A stretch of DNA of 64,000 nt from positions 512,001-576,000 of the forward strand of contig JBEKFP010000002.1 of NCBI GenBank assembly GCA_050013255.1, read 5' to 3'. This DNA comes from Candidatus Bathyarchaeia archaeon (GTDB taxonomy: Archaea > Thermoproteota > Bathyarchaeia > 40CM-2-53-6). Shown piece after piece: positions 28,231-39,102 of this stretch. How positions within the stretch are numbered: the stretch's first letter is position 1; the number at the start of each line of letters is the position of its first letter. A program made the position numbers and the translations under genes. The notes below the pieces were generated by a model. The model searched no databases. It was given only the letters and a program-made list of their open reading frames with translations, and was not told the origin of the DNA.

Positions 28231-30138
28231 CTATTTTCCAACCGCTTTGGCCAATCTTTTCTTTAGCGTCTCAGTAACCTGTTTGGGCTCGATGGAGCCT
28301 CTTACCTCCGACATAACCGACCCCATTAGCGATGAGAAGGCGCCCTCGCCTCTCTCGTCGATGAGTTTCTTGTTCTTCTCTATGTGACGGTCGATAATCT
28401 GTTCAAGCTCACGCTCACTGAGCATTCTCAGGCCGAGCTTCTTGACTCCGTCGACAGGGTCTTCGGCTAGGTTGGCTGCCTGCCATTTCAACAGGTCCAC
28501 CACAGCTTCCTTTGCGACCGCTCCTTCGTCCACTAATCGGAAGATACGTTGGATTTTGTTGTCTGGGACGGAGTGGATTGGTACGCCTTCACGTTCTAGG
28601 CTCTTGCAGGTCTCAGTGAGTACGGTGGCGATGAATGTGGGCGGCACCTTACTGGCGGCCGCAATCTGCTCAAACAATGCAAGATAATCTGAGTCGACCA
28701 GTTGTTTTGACAGTTTTTGGTTCAGTGAGTATTGGTCGACAAGTCGTTTGGTTAGTTTCTCAGGGGTTTCAGGGAGGTTTGCCTTCAACGTATTGACGAA
28801 TTCCTGCGTGATGGGTGTTTGCGGCACATCGGTTTCGGGATACATTCTGGCGGCGCCGGGCCTTGGCCGCATGTACCTCGTAGTTCCGTCGGGCATCGCT
28901 GTTCGCGTTTCTTCGGGCACACCAGAAATGGCTTCAACGGCCCGATCAACGACGGCGTCCAAAGCATCATTTGCTTTACCTTTCTCGTCAGCGACTAGGA
29001 CGAAAGCATCGTCGCCTGCGACACCCAACCGGTCCTTCACATAGTGCACCTCCTCTTCCGTGACACCGTAACCCGGAAGTTCATCAGAGTGAAATATCCC
29101 GCCAACACTTGCCCAGAATGAAGCGCGGTTGGACAGCTCCGTTCCAAGCCGCAACCCAGGCGCAAGCTCCTTTCCCAAGAGCCCCCTGAATTTAGGAAGC
29201 TTAAGCGCAAACACCACGCCGCCTTTCGAGATTGCTTCCTTAATTATCCGAGCTTTTGAGGCCGCAAAAGCACTGGTTACATCGTAATACTTCCTTTCAA
29301 TCGACTCGGGTTTCGTCCCTCTCTTTGAAAGTTCGCCCCTTATCTCAAGTAGCGTCAGCTGCCGGTTGACTTCTGTTTCAACCGCTTTGCTGAGGATATC
29401 AAGTTCCTGAACGCCCTTGATCTCCATGAGGGCCCCCCCAGGAGTTGAGATGTTCAAGTCTTGCCGAATACTTCCCAAACCCCTCTTTACCTTTCTCGTC
29501 GCCCTCAGAATGGTGCCTATGGCGTATGCGACCTTCTCGACTTCAGCCGCAGAATCCATTACGGGCGCGGTCGTTACCTCTATCAAAGGCACACCGAGCC
29601 GGTCTATCCTATACCCGACTGTTTCGCTCGATTGACCGGTTTTACGTGCCGCATCCTCTTCTAGCGAAATCTGCTGGATCGGAATTTCCTTCCCGTCAAC
29701 CTTGAGCGCTCCGTTCAGCGCGACGACGCAAGTGCGTTGAAACCCCGTCGTATTAGAACCATCAATGACGACCTTGCGCATCACGTGAATTTCATCGACC
29801 GGTTTAGCGTTCATCAACAAGGCTGCGGTCAAACATACTTCAATAGCTTCCCCGTTGAGTTTTCCAGGTGGCTCCTCATCCATCTCGACGAGGCATGAGG
29901 TTTCATCGTCTTCTTCGTAGATTACGCTTCTGCCGCGGTGGAATTCGAACAATGCCGCCTGGTCGACTTGACCCAACTCGCTTTGCGTCGGCCTAAGCCT
30001 ACGCATGAACTTCTCCTCAGGTTCCGACTCAGCAAAATCGGTTGGGCAGCCGCAGAACAATTTGTGCTCCGTGTCGAGCTGCCTGTGGATTTCCAGCCCG
30101 ACCTTAATTCTAGGTTGGACCTTTGATTCAGCACTCAT
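28231..30138 (-). CDS. gatE: Glu-tRNA(Gln) amidotransferase subunit E
   Basis: GLEIHRQL, DGSNTTGFQRT, RPGAARMYPETD. Confidence 0.96.
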   Translation of the reverse strand: MSAESKVQPRIKVGLEIHRQLDTEHKLFCGCPTDFAESEPEEKFMRRLRPTQSELGQVDQAALFEFHRGRSVIYEEDDETSCLVEMDEEPPGKLNGEAIEVCLTAALLMNAKPVDEIHVMRKVVIDGSNTTGFQRTCVVALNGALKVDGKEIPIQQISLEEDAARKTGQSSETVGYRIDRLGVPLIEVTTAPVMDSAAEVEKVAYAIGTILRATRKVKRGLGSIRQDLNISTPGGALMEIKGVQELDILSKAVETEVNRQLTLLEIRGELSKRGTKPESIERKYYDVTSAFAASKARIIKEAISKGGVVFALKLPKFRGLLGKELAPGLRLGTELSNRASFWASVGGIFHSDELPGYGVTEEEVHYVKDRLGVAGDDAFVLVADEKGKANDALDAVVDRAVEAISGVPEETRTAMPDGTTRYMRPRPGAARMYPETDVPQTPITQEFVNTLKANLPETPEKLTKRLVDQYSLNQKLSKQLVDSDYLALFEQIAAASKVPPTFIATVLTETCKSLEREGVPIHSVPDNKIQRIFRLVDEGAVAKEAVVDLLKWQAANLAEDPVDGVKKLGLRMLSERELEQIIDRHIEKNKKLIDERGEGAFSSLMGSVMSEVRGSIEPKQVTETLKKRLAKAVGK

Positions 30139-31496
30139 TCTACTGCGGCCCCAAGCCATCGCCTATCCGAGAGTTCATTCGCAATATTCGTGACCATCAA
30201 CTTGCTAACCTTCTCGGGATCCTTCTCTTGGCCGAAAGCCCACATCATCTTCACGAGCGCAGTTTCAGCAAGCATGTCACCTAGAGGTAATACTCCAATC
30301 TTTAGCAGGTCCCGTCCTGTGGAGTAGACGTTCATGTGCACCCGTCCCCAGATGCACTGAGAGCACATGCCGACAACGATTCCATTCTTTACTGCCCTTT
30401 CAAGGGCCGGAAACAGCACATCGCTAACATGGCCTAACCCCGTCCCTTCAAGAACAATGCCCTTGTAACCTGTGGCGGTCGCCCAGTCAATCATACCCAC
30501 TGAAAGCCCAGGGTGGAATTTTATGAGAGCAACGTTCGGGTCAAACTTGGAGCGGACCTCCCAATCTGAACGCCGGTTCCTTTCCACGTACTTCTCGCTG
30601 TTCAGTTGGAGGGCGCGATTTGCAAGGTCGTAGTATGCGATGGGGCGAGCGTTAACGCTCCTGAAGGCGTCTCTTCTGCTGGTGTGGCACTTTCGCACTT
30701 TTGTCCCCCTGTGGAAGGCGACCTTTTCATCCGAAACCCAATCATGCATAGCGACCACAACTTCCGCGAAAGGAGCCTGGCCCGCAACTGCAGTCGCCGC
30801 AATAAGGTTGGTCGCTGCGTCCGAGCTGGGTCGATCAGACGAACGTTGCGATCCTACTAACACGATTGGCGCCGGTATGCCTTGCAAAGCGAAGCTGAGT
30901 GCAGCCGCCGTATAGCCCAGAGTGTCAGTTCCGTGCGCTATCACCACTCCATCTGCCCCTGCACGAACTTGCTCTGCCGCCGACTCCGCAATCTTGGGCC
31001 ATTGTTGCGGCCCTATGTTCTCGCTGAAGACGCTCAGGAGGACTTTCGCGTCAATCTTGGCAAGGTCAGCTAACTCAGGGACTACGCTGTACAAGTCTTC
31101 TGAATCGAGCGCGGGTTTAACGGCCCCAGTTCTATAATCGACTTTACTGGCGATCGTGCCCCCCGTGCTGATGATGGAGACTTTCGGTAGACCTGCTTTC
31201 TGGTGTGGGAGTGCGGGGCGGGTGAAATGGGGCGTTTCGCCCTTACCAAGAACGCTTACCTTTGTGGCGGCGTCTACTCGAACGCCCAGATTGTATCCAG
31301 TCTTCAATTTTACGACAATGTAATTTTCTTCACGGCCGAAGTGGTATCGCGGAATCAGAAGTCCCTCGACTACCTCCTGGCCTCCAATGCGTTTCAGCTC
31401 GACCCTAACTTTATCCCCAATCTGTGCTCCCGCTTTGGCCAGTATATCGCGTGAGATACCGGAGTATCCGGGCAAATCTTCTTGGGACAAAGCCAT
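30135..31496 (-). CDS. gatD: Glu-tRNA(Gln) amidotransferase subunit D
   Basis: KLKTGYNLG, TGGTIAS, HGTDT, SQRSSDRPSSD; coupled to gatE. Confidence 0.96.
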   Translation of the reverse strand: MALSQEDLPGYSGISRDILAKAGAQIGDKVRVELKRIGGQEVVEGLLIPRYHFGREENYIVVKLKTGYNLGVRVDAATKVSVLGKGETPHFTRPALPHQKAGLPKVSIISTGGTIASKVDYRTGAVKPALDSEDLYSVVPELADLAKIDAKVLLSVFSENIGPQQWPKIAESAAEQVRAGADGVVIAHGTDTLGYTAAALSFALQGIPAPIVLVGSQRSSDRPSSDAATNLIAATAVAGQAPFAEVVVAMHDWVSDEKVAFHRGTKVRKCHTSRRDAFRSVNARPIAYYDLANRALQLNSEKYVERNRRSDWEVRSKFDPNVALIKFHPGLSVGMIDWATATGYKGIVLEGTGLGHVSDVLFPALERAVKNGIVVGMCSQCIWGRVHMNVYSTGRDLLKIGVLPLGDMLAETALVKMMWAFGQEKDPEKVSKLMVTNIANELSDRRWLGAAVE

Positions 31497-31562
31497 CTCA
31501 GCCCAATCTTTGGAAAAAGAAAGCTGGGACCCTTAAGACGTTAGCTATGCCAGCTCGTTTGG

Positions 31563-33161
31563 TCAGTTCAGCATCTTTCCCATGTAGGGACCGACATAAT
31601 CGTAGCCGGCACGCCTGTAGTAGCCCTTCGTCCCGAGCGCGCTTAGGACAAGAATCCTGGCCGCCCCGCGTTCCTCTGCCAGTGACTCGGCTTCAGATAG
31701 GAGTTTGCGGCCTAAGCCTGTGTGCTGCCAGGCACCCGCGTACCTTAAGCCGACTGGCACCTCTTGGCCGTAAACGTGTAATTCTCGGATGATGGCGCTG
31801 GCTGAGTCAACCTCAGGCCTCTGTGCTTTCTCGGATGGAATTCTCAGACGTAAATAGCCTATCAAAACGTCTGCTTCAGGTTCTTCTAAGGCGATGAAGA
31901 TTTCCTTCCCCTCCGACGCCTCGAATTCTTGTGTGGTCAGGCGAATTTGGCTGGGTTGAACGGTAACGTTGTCCTTCAATGCTTTGTGCCCTACCTCGCG
32001 GCATCTGATGCACCTACACTTCTTCCCTTTCTCACTGAGCCGCTTTAGGGCGAGTTCCCGCAGGTTACCTTTCTTCGGCCCCGCCAGTATAAGTTGGACG
32101 GGGAACTCCCTTTGCACGCGCATTATCCTAACCCAGGGTGGCACAAACTCCTTCACCCTTGCGATGAGTTCAACGGCTTGCTCGGTATCAAGGGCCTCGT
32201 ATACGCCGCGCTTCCACCACTCATACAGTTCCGTGCCTTCCATAACTAGGCAAGGATAAATCTTCACCATGTCGGGACGAAAACGAGGGTCTTCGAACAG
32301 CATCCTGAATGAGTCTAGGTCCTTCTGAAAGTCCGAGCCCGGCAGCCCAGGCATCATATGTGCAACTATCTTGTATCCCGCGTCTTTCGCAATCCGAAAA
32401 GCCTCGACGACATCTTCCACCGTGTGGCCGCGATTCGTAAGCTCGTACACGTAATCATTGATGACTTGCACGCCAATTTCCACGCGCGTAGCCCCAAACC
32501 TGAGCATTTGGTCAACGTGAGTCTGCTTACACCAATCTGGCTTTGTTTCGATGGTTAAGCCTACATTTCTAGTTTCGCTGACCTCAGCTCGGGATTTTGC
32601 TTCCTCCAGCGTAGAGGAGTTCACACCGTTAACCGCGTCAAGGCAACGCATCACAAAATGTTCCTGGTATTCGGAGGGCGCCGCTAGAAATGTGCCGCCT
32701 TGAATCACCAGTTCGACTTTCGAAGGCACATGCCCGATGGCTCTCAGCTGCCCCAGTCGGCTGGTAATCTGGAGGTACGGGTCGTATCCAGACTGAAAGC
32801 CTCTCATCGCGGCGGGTTCGCCTGATGTGTAACTCATCGGGAACCCTTTCTCCATGGGGCAAAATACGCAGCGGCCGTGTGGGCAGCCGCGTGGTGAACT
32901 CATTACTCCAATGACGTTTACCCCAGAAATGCTGCGGACCTTCTTCAAACGCAGATTGGGGCCGAACTTTTCCTTCATTTGAGGAGGCAAGGCGCTGAGA
33001 ATATCGGAATTGCGAGGCATCCAGCTCAGTGCATGTTCCTTGCAGAATTCCAACTTTAGTTTGTTGAGGCTAGCCGGGTCTATTGCCCCGACCTCAATTA
33101 CACGCGAGGCCAGCTCAGATAGGAGTGAGGCTTCAAGGGGTGACTCGAACGGGGCACCCAT
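31563..33161 (-). CDS. elp3: Elp3 radical-SAM/GNAT tRNA U34 carboxymethyltransferase
   Basis: CPHGRCVFCP, SYTSGEP, GGTF, IRCREVG, RELHVYG, QHTGLG. Confidence 0.94.
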   Translation of the reverse strand: MGAPFESPLEASLLSELASRVIEVGAIDPASLNKLKLEFCKEHALSWMPRNSDILSALPPQMKEKFGPNLRLKKVRSISGVNVIGVMSSPRGCPHGRCVFCPMEKGFPMSYTSGEPAAMRGFQSGYDPYLQITSRLGQLRAIGHVPSKVELVIQGGTFLAAPSEYQEHFVMRCLDAVNGVNSSTLEEAKSRAEVSETRNVGLTIETKPDWCKQTHVDQMLRFGATRVEIGVQVINDYVYELTNRGHTVEDVVEAFRIAKDAGYKIVAHMMPGLPGSDFQKDLDSFRMLFEDPRFRPDMVKIYPCLVMEGTELYEWWKRGVYEALDTEQAVELIARVKEFVPPWVRIMRVQREFPVQLILAGPKKGNLRELALKRLSEKGKKCRCIRCREVGHKALKDNVTVQPSQIRLTTQEFEASEGKEIFIALEEPEADVLIGYLRLRIPSEKAQRPEVDSASAIIRELHVYGQEVPVGLRYAGAWQHTGLGRKLLSEAESLAEERGAARILVLSALGTKGYYRRAGYDYVGPYMGKMLN

Positions 33162-33223
33162 CTTTCGGCCACCTCCACGAAAAACTTGGATTGCTCTTTC
33201 AAGGCAGAAGGTCTTGAGTGGCC

Positions 33224-33475
33224 TTAAGCTTGTTTCTTGCCAGCTTCCACGCAAATGTAGAGGATGTTGCTTCCGCGAAGTATTATGTTACCATAATTCG
33301 CCGTTGGAGAATTGCCACGGTACTCGGTCGCCCCTTCCAGAATTATGTTCATGTGGCTGTCGGCATCAATCATCTTGCCATGGTATTCCACATCACTCTT
33401 TAGCCTAATGTTGACTTCCGCGTTCAGCTTCTTTACGAGCAAGTTGAGAGGTTTTCTGGAAGGCTCCACGTGCAT
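33224..33475 (-). CDS. Sm-like (Lsm) RNA-binding protein
   Basis: G...DSHMNIIL (Sm1) and IILRGSNI (Sm2). Confidence 0.9.
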   Translation of the reverse strand: MHVEPSRKPLNLLVKKLNAEVNIRLKSDVEYHGKMIDADSHMNIILEGATEYRGNSPTANYGNIILRGSNILYICVEAGKKQA

Positions 33476-33563
33476 CACTGAATTGCTGCGCAACTTTCTC
33501 CTTTACTCTAAATAAGGTTGCCCCAAGCCCAAATAATTGGCAAACAACTACCAGCCCGTCCTA

Positions 33564-34334
33564 TCAGGCCATGAAATGGCTCAGTTTCATGTCTTTACGG
33601 CTTTTCAGCACGCTGAAGCATTTATCCGGGGCTAGCCTCACGTACTCAAGCTTCAGGCTATCTAACGTGGGTTGTGCGCTCTTGCGAAGTTCAGGTGCGA
33701 CTACGATGCCCCTGAGGGGCCTGTCCACCTTTCTTCTCAGAGTATCCAGGTACCTTTCAAGCTGCAACACCGCGTCCTTTGATGCTGCGTTCCTTTTGAT
33801 TTCTACAACAACGAGTCTGCCCTCCTTGTCCTCTGCGAAAATGTCTGTGAAGCCGGCTTCGCCCAGACTCTTCTCTTCCTGCAACGGCTTCAATCCTGCC
33901 TCCACAAGGTCGGGCGCAGTTAGAATCGCCTGCTTCATTTGTTCCTCGGTTACGTAAAGCGCGAATTCGCCAGAGTCAGCAAGGTTCCCGGTTACCGTTA
34001 GGCTGATTTGCTGGAATTCTATGGAGACGTTCTCTTTCGGCTGGGAACGAGACGCACTGAGCACCATACCAAAGTCGTTGAGCTTGACCTTGACGACGCA
34101 CTTCGGTGGTTGCCAATTAACCGGTTCGTAGCCCGTTGGCCTGTGAACTAATACGGAACCGTCTTGCTTCACCATCGTCATTCTCTCGCCCCATTCCAAA
34201 GTCGACGACGCCCGCCCCTCATAGTCAACCCTGCAGTTGCCAATTACGAGTGCGAAGCTTCTTGACCGGAATGCTTTCTCGAGGATCTCTGCTGCCTCAG
34301 AAAGCCGAGGATCAACTTTCACTAAAAGAACCAT
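33564..34334 (-). CDS. nucS: Mismatch endonuclease NucS/EndoMS
   Basis: YEGRASS, KQDGSVLVH, PVNWQP, D...EIKR, QLERY. Confidence 0.93.
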   Translation of the reverse strand: MVLLVKVDPRLSEAAEILEKAFRSRSFALVIGNCRVDYEGRASSTLEWGERMTMVKQDGSVLVHRPTGYEPVNWQPPKCVVKVKLNDFGMVLSASRSQPKENVSIEFQQISLTVTGNLADSGEFALYVTEEQMKQAILTAPDLVEAGLKPLQEEKSLGEAGFTDIFAEDKEGRLVVVEIKRNAASKDAVLQLERYLDTLRRKVDRPLRGIVVAPELRKSAQPTLDSLKLEYVRLAPDKCFSVLKSRKDMKLSHFMA

Positions 34335-34913
34335 TTTGAAATTCCTGCAATCCTAATGTCTGGTTGCTTCAACTTTTTCGCCGTCCTTTCGTCCTGCTCT
34401 ACGTTATACGAGCAAATTCTCCTAACTCTAGAAAGAGTTGTCGGCGTGTTGTTGAGTCCCGTGCCTGAAGGTACGGTTCTGAGGAAGAAGCTTTGGGTTC
34501 CGGAGTTGTTCGGTTACCCCCGCGGAAGATACATGTGGTATCGGCCACGGTTACCCGTGATTCCCGAGCGTGGGTTGGCCATTCTACGTGTTAATGACGT
34601 CACGTCAACCCGTTTCGTTCTTGGGTTTTCGTATCTTTCTAATGGGGCGAATACTACAAGCTGTCACTAACGAAAGGCAAGTTCGGAAACATCACATTAT
34701 CATCATGCCTTGGGCAGCGTACCGCTATGGATTGACCACTCATCCGACTAATGGTGCAGAAACGGGGTTAGATCAGCTTGGAAGATAGTGGAACTCGATC
34801 TAGGGTAGCGTGAAGCATTGATGTCGAACCATGAAAAGGACAACCGTCCAGAAAGGGTGTCCAATCATCCTCTTCAAATCAAATCTTGGAAGAACAGGAT
34901 TCGGCTTCATAGC

Positions 34914-36023
34914 ATGGACTATAACGACTTACTTCTTGAGTCCATAGATGAAGTGTTCGTGGACCTCCTAGGCACGCGAGTTAGGGATGCGTTCTACGAT
35001 GCACTAGAAAGAAACCAACGCATTGCAAGAGAGGAACTCTCTCAACACTTGGATAAATTTCAAGAGGCGCTTGAAACGGTGCTCGGGAGTGGCGGTGACA
35101 CCGTAGGTAGAACTATTGCCAAAAGATTGTACGCAAAGCTCGCATTGGATTTTACGCCAAGGAGCGATTACAGGCTCACAGATTACGTCGAAGCCGCGAA
35201 GCCGCAATCGAGACCGCGGGAAGAGTTCGCGACGGTAATATTGCGAAATTTTCCCTCAATTGTAAACGCAAAGGTTGTGGCTTTGACTGCCGCAATCGTC
35301 TTCACAGTATTCTATTGGGTTGCTCAGACATGGGGTTCTGATCTTGTGGTGTTCACGGACGCTCTCTTCATGGTTGTTTCAGGTGTTTGCGCATTTGTTG
35401 CATTCCTGCCAGCTCGCAAATGGAAGGAACAAGGTAGGCTGGGTGTTGTTCATTTAGGCCTCTTCCTGGCCGTTTTGTTATGGTTCCTCGGCGAGTCAGT
35501 TTGGGGAATTTACGAGTTGTTGCTGGCCGTTGAAGTACCTTACCCATCGGCTGCTGACATTTTCTATTTAGCAGGGTACCTTCCCGCGTTGTTGGGAATC
35601 ACATTCTTCTTGGTCCGTGTGAAAACCGCGATCAAAGGCATTGCCTTTCAAGCAGCGATTCTATCGGGATTGGTCATCATAGGATCGGCGGTCGTCTTTC
35701 TAATCAATCCCATAATTGCATCAAGTTCTTCCAATCTGGCTAAAATATTCGATGTTGGATATCCAAGCCTTGATGCAATCCTCCTAGTTCTCGCCGTCAC
35801 AATGTTGATTGCCTTCGCAGATGGTAAGATAGGGCAATCATGGTTTTGGATTTCGTTCGGAATGATTCTTACCACCATGGCTGACTTGGCGTTCAGTTTC
35901 GGCACGCTGTCAGGTTGGTACTATTCTGGGCATCCTATAGAATTATTGTGGCTGTGGGGATACATCGGCCTCACTTTGGGATTTAATGCTCAAAGAAAAC
36001 AGTTGAACTCCTTTTCAATGTGA
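34914..36023 (+). CDS. NitrOD5-like domain fused to a multi-pass membrane sensor-like domain
   Basis: N-terminus similar to ORF 20208; membrane part has PYPSAADIFYLAGY and YPSLDAILL motifs; start could be 34818. Confidence 0.75.
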   Translation: MDYNDLLLESIDEVFVDLLGTRVRDAFYDALERNQRIAREELSQHLDKFQEALETVLGSGGDTVGRTIAKRLYAKLALDFTPRSDYRLTDYVEAAKPQSRPREEFATVILRNFPSIVNAKVVALTAAIVFTVFYWVAQTWGSDLVVFTDALFMVVSGVCAFVAFLPARKWKEQGRLGVVHLGLFLAVLLWFLGESVWGIYELLLAVEVPYPSAADIFYLAGYLPALLGITFFLVRVKTAIKGIAFQAAILSGLVIIGSAVVFLINPIIASSSSNLAKIFDVGYPSLDAILLVLAVTMLIAFADGKIGQSWFWISFGMILTTMADLAFSFGTLSGWYYSGHPIELLWLWGYIGLTLGFNAQRKQLNSFSM

Positions 36024-36152
36024 CCACAGTCCGTCTCTGTTGGGAACGAATCGCACTGACCACACGGAACGACCAGGTGGATTTGCAGGTCATCAAGAAG
36101 GAGTATTCAACATTTAGAAGTCTCTGACGAGCTTAGCCTCACTGGACTGGAA

Positions 36153-37016
36153 ATGGATATTCAGAAATTGCGATTTGGACTTTACCTTCCGAATTTCGGC
36201 GAGGTAGCTTATGCTCGCACGCTAGCTGAGCTCGCGGTTGAGTCAGAGGACGCGGGCTGGGATGGGTTCTTCCTTTGGGACCATGTCATGCACAGCAAAA
36301 CTCAACGTTCCCCGATGGTAGACTCCATCACCGCACTCGCCGCGATTGCTGTCAAGACTAAACGAATTCGCTTAGGAACGACGATAACGCCACTCGCCCG
36401 ACGGCGCCCTTGGACAGTAGCCCGTCAAACGGTAACTCTGGACCACCTTTCGAACGGTCGCCTGATATTGGGAGTAGGGTTAGGTGATCCCGCTTACGCA
36501 GATTTCCAAATGTTCGGCGAATCAGGCGAAAAGAGGGATCGCGCCGAGAAACTAGACGAGGGTTTAGAGATTCTGACAGGACTCTGGACAGGAAAACAGT
36601 TCAGTTACAAGGGTAAGCACTACGCGATTGAGAATGCTAGGTTTCTACCGGCTACGAAGCAAAAGCCCCGAATCCCGATCTGGGTGGGAGGGTTCTGGCC
36701 GAACAAGGCGCCCTTCCGTAGAGCGGCCAAGTATGATGGGGTAATACCACTCAGACTGGCTAGCCCAATCAAGCCTGAGCCAAGGGACCTCCGCAACATC
36801 CTCGCCTACATCATGAAGCACAGAAAAAACACGGGCCCATTCGACGCCGCGGTAATCGGGTGGGGAACCGGAAAAAGCCACTTGGAGATTGCGAGAAAGA
36901 TTCAACCCTTTGCTGAGGCGGGCATGACATGGTGGCTAGAAAGCCTGTTCTTGCAACGAAATTCAATGAAGGAAATGAAGAAAAGGATCCGGAAAGGCCC
37001 GCCTACAATCTCTTGA
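36153..37016 (+). CDS. LLM-class flavin-dependent oxidoreductase
   Basis: GWDGFFLWDH, LDHLSNGRLILGVGLG, PIWVGG. Confidence 0.9.
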   Translation: MDIQKLRFGLYLPNFGEVAYARTLAELAVESEDAGWDGFFLWDHVMHSKTQRSPMVDSITALAAIAVKTKRIRLGTTITPLARRRPWTVARQTVTLDHLSNGRLILGVGLGDPAYADFQMFGESGEKRDRAEKLDEGLEILTGLWTGKQFSYKGKHYAIENARFLPATKQKPRIPIWVGGFWPNKAPFRRAAKYDGVIPLRLASPIKPEPRDLRNILAYIMKHRKNTGPFDAAVIGWGTGKSHLEIARKIQPFAEAGMTWWLESLFLQRNSMKEMKKRIRKGPPTIS

Positions 37017-37037
37017 AATAACCGCCAACGATTCAGT

Positions 37038-37874
37038 CTAGACAGAGGCACCGGGGTAGGAGCCGAGAATTTTCAAGAAGGTTGTTGACTTTTCAAGTGC
37101 TTCGAGTGCATCGGAGCAAGTAGGGTCGGTTCGGTGTCCTTCAAAGTCTACGAAGAAGTGATACTCCCAGGGCGTTCCTTTGATGGGCCTGGACTCAATC
37201 TTTGTGAGATTAATTCCTCGCGTTGCTAGTTCATTGAGCGCTCGCTGAAGAGAACCAGGAGAATGCTTTGTACCGAAAACAATTGATGTCTTGTCTCTTC
37301 CAGTTCGCGCCGCTTCATTTTCGCTAATAACCAAGAATCGCGTGAGGTTCTCAGGAAAATCCTCAATCCCCCTGCGCAATATCTCTAGGCCGTAGAGTGC
37401 TGCGGCTTTCTCACTTGCTATTGCAGCACTACCTCGCATGTTTTTCTCTCGTATTAGTTTCGCACTACCAGCCGTGTCATAGACTGGTTCGCCCACGACC
37501 TGCAGGCTCTCCAGAAACACTGAGCATTGAGCCAGCGCCTGCGGGTGAGAATAAACAGCCCGGATATCGCCAAGTTTTGATCCAGGTAGCGCCAATAAGC
37601 AATGGCTGACCCTGATTTTCACTTCAGCACATATCTTCATCGATGTTTGCAGCAGCAAATCATAAGTCTGATTTACGCTCCCCTCTAGAGAGTTTTCTGC
37701 AGGCAGCACGCCGAAATCAACCGACCCATCCTCAACAGTTCTAAAGACTTGTTTGAGCGTCTTGCACGGCTTCGTTAGGATTGATTCCCCGAACAAAAAC
37801 TGCGCCGCTAGCTCACTATAGGCGCCGTGTTCACCTTGAAACGAAACATCGATGCCGTGCGACTCACTAGCCAT
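37038..37874 (-). CDS. pheA: Prephenate dehydratase with ACT domain
   Basis: FQGEHGAYS, ENSLEGSV, SHPQALAQC, TRF, NLTKIESRP; start may lie up to 37928. Confidence 0.93.
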   Translation of the reverse strand: MASESHGIDVSFQGEHGAYSELAAQFLFGESILTKPCKTLKQVFRTVEDGSVDFGVLPAENSLEGSVNQTYDLLLQTSMKICAEVKIRVSHCLLALPGSKLGDIRAVYSHPQALAQCSVFLESLQVVGEPVYDTAGSAKLIREKNMRGSAAIASEKAAALYGLEILRRGIEDFPENLTRFLVISENEAARTGRDKTSIVFGTKHSPGSLQRALNELATRGINLTKIESRPIKGTPWEYHFFVDFEGHRTDPTCSDALEALEKSTTFLKILGSYPGASV

Positions 37875-38031
37875 GTTCCCTTCTCCTTTCATCGGTTCAA
37901 CCACTCTTGCTCGCACCATTGGTGCCACCGAGAGTAGGTATCACAATATTTCATTCACTCATCTCTCTCCGTTATATCGAACCGGGGTAGTAGAAGAACT
38001 AGTCAATATTGAAATAAGCAGGTTGTTATTG

Positions 38032-39102
38032 TTGGCATCGGCCCAAGTCTTGAAAGAGAAAGCTGAAGAAACCGAGGAAGACTCGGAGGAAGACTCGGAG
38101 GAAGAAAAACCCGAGGCAACAGTTGAGAAGAAGAAGTACGAGTTAATCGAAGATATTCCAGGCGTCGGCCCCGCGACAGCTGAAAAACTCAGAGAAATGG
38201 GTTACCAGACAGTCGAATCCCTGGCCACCGCCACAATTAAGGAACTAACCGAAGCCGGGGTTGGCGAAAAACAGGCTGGCAAAGTAATTGCGGAAGCCCG
38301 GGACAGCATCGCCCTTAGTTTTATTCGAGCTGACGAGCTCATTAAGATGAGACAGAACGTGAGGCGACTCACCACTGCAAGCAAACAGGTTGATGAACTG
38401 TTAGGTGGAGGCCTCGAAACTCAAACAATAACTGAATTCTACGGAGAATATGGAGTCGGCAAGAGCATTCTATGCCATCAACTTGCAGTCAATGTCCAAC
38501 TACCTGAAGAGAAAGGCGGCCTCAACGGCGCAGCCCTCTACATTGATACGGAGAACACGTTCCGCCCTGAATGGATCATTCGCATGGCAAACGCAATTGG
38601 ATTAGACCCAACGGAGACAGCGAAGAAGATCATATACTCAGAAGCGTTCAATTCTGATCATCAGATACTCGTACTTGAGAAGGCGGATAAGGTCATTCAG
38701 GAAAACAATGTGAAGTTGATAATCGTCGATTCCTTGACGGCTCATTTTCGAAGTGAATATCTTGGTCGTGAAATGCTTGCAGAGCGGCAGCAGAAGCTTA
38801 ACAGCCACTTGCACAGGTTGGTTAGGCTTTCCCGTGCCTTCAATGCATGCGCCGTTGTGACAAATCAGGTTATGTCGAGGCCGGACGTGTTCTTCGCTAA
38901 TTCCGTGGAGGCAGTCGGAGGACATATAGTATCCCACACCACCCATACGAGGATATTCCTGAGGAAAACATCCAGTGGCCCAGTCAGAATTTGCAAGCTC
39001 ATCTCCAGCCCCTACCTACCAGAGGGAGAACGCATATTCAAGATAACTGAGGAAGGTGTCAAAGATATCACCGAAGAAGACGAAGTCAAACGCCGACGCT
39101 GA
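38032..39102 (+). CDS. radA: DNA recombinase RadA
   Basis: HhH IPGVGP, GEYGVGKS, YIDTENTFRPE, VDSLTAHFRSEY; start TTG ~38029-38050. Confidence 0.95.
   Translation: MASAQVLKEKAEETEEDSEEDSEEEKPEATVEKKKYELIEDIPGVGPATAEKLREMGYQTVESLATATIKELTEAGVGEKQAGKVIAEARDSIALSFIRADELIKMRQNVRRLTTASKQVDELLGGGLETQTITEFYGEYGVGKSILCHQLAVNVQLPEEKGGLNGAALYIDTENTFRPEWIIRMANAIGLDPTETAKKIIYSEAFNSDHQILVLEKADKVIQENNVKLIIVDSLTAHFRSEYLGREMLAERQQKLNSHLHRLVRLSRAFNACAVVTNQVMSRPDVFFANSVEAVGGHIVSHTTHTRIFLRKTSSGPVRICKLISSPYLPEGERIFKITEEGVKDITEEDEVKRRR

Noticed and set aside
34340-34810. RNA gene or small ORFs (104 aa on +, 22 aa MANPRSG... on -)
   Set aside because: No RNase P, SRP, 5S or tRNA hallmarks and no clear SD or family motif; unresolved
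37852-38028. Long RadA N-terminus
   Set aside because: Overlaps the divergent pheA start and promoter region
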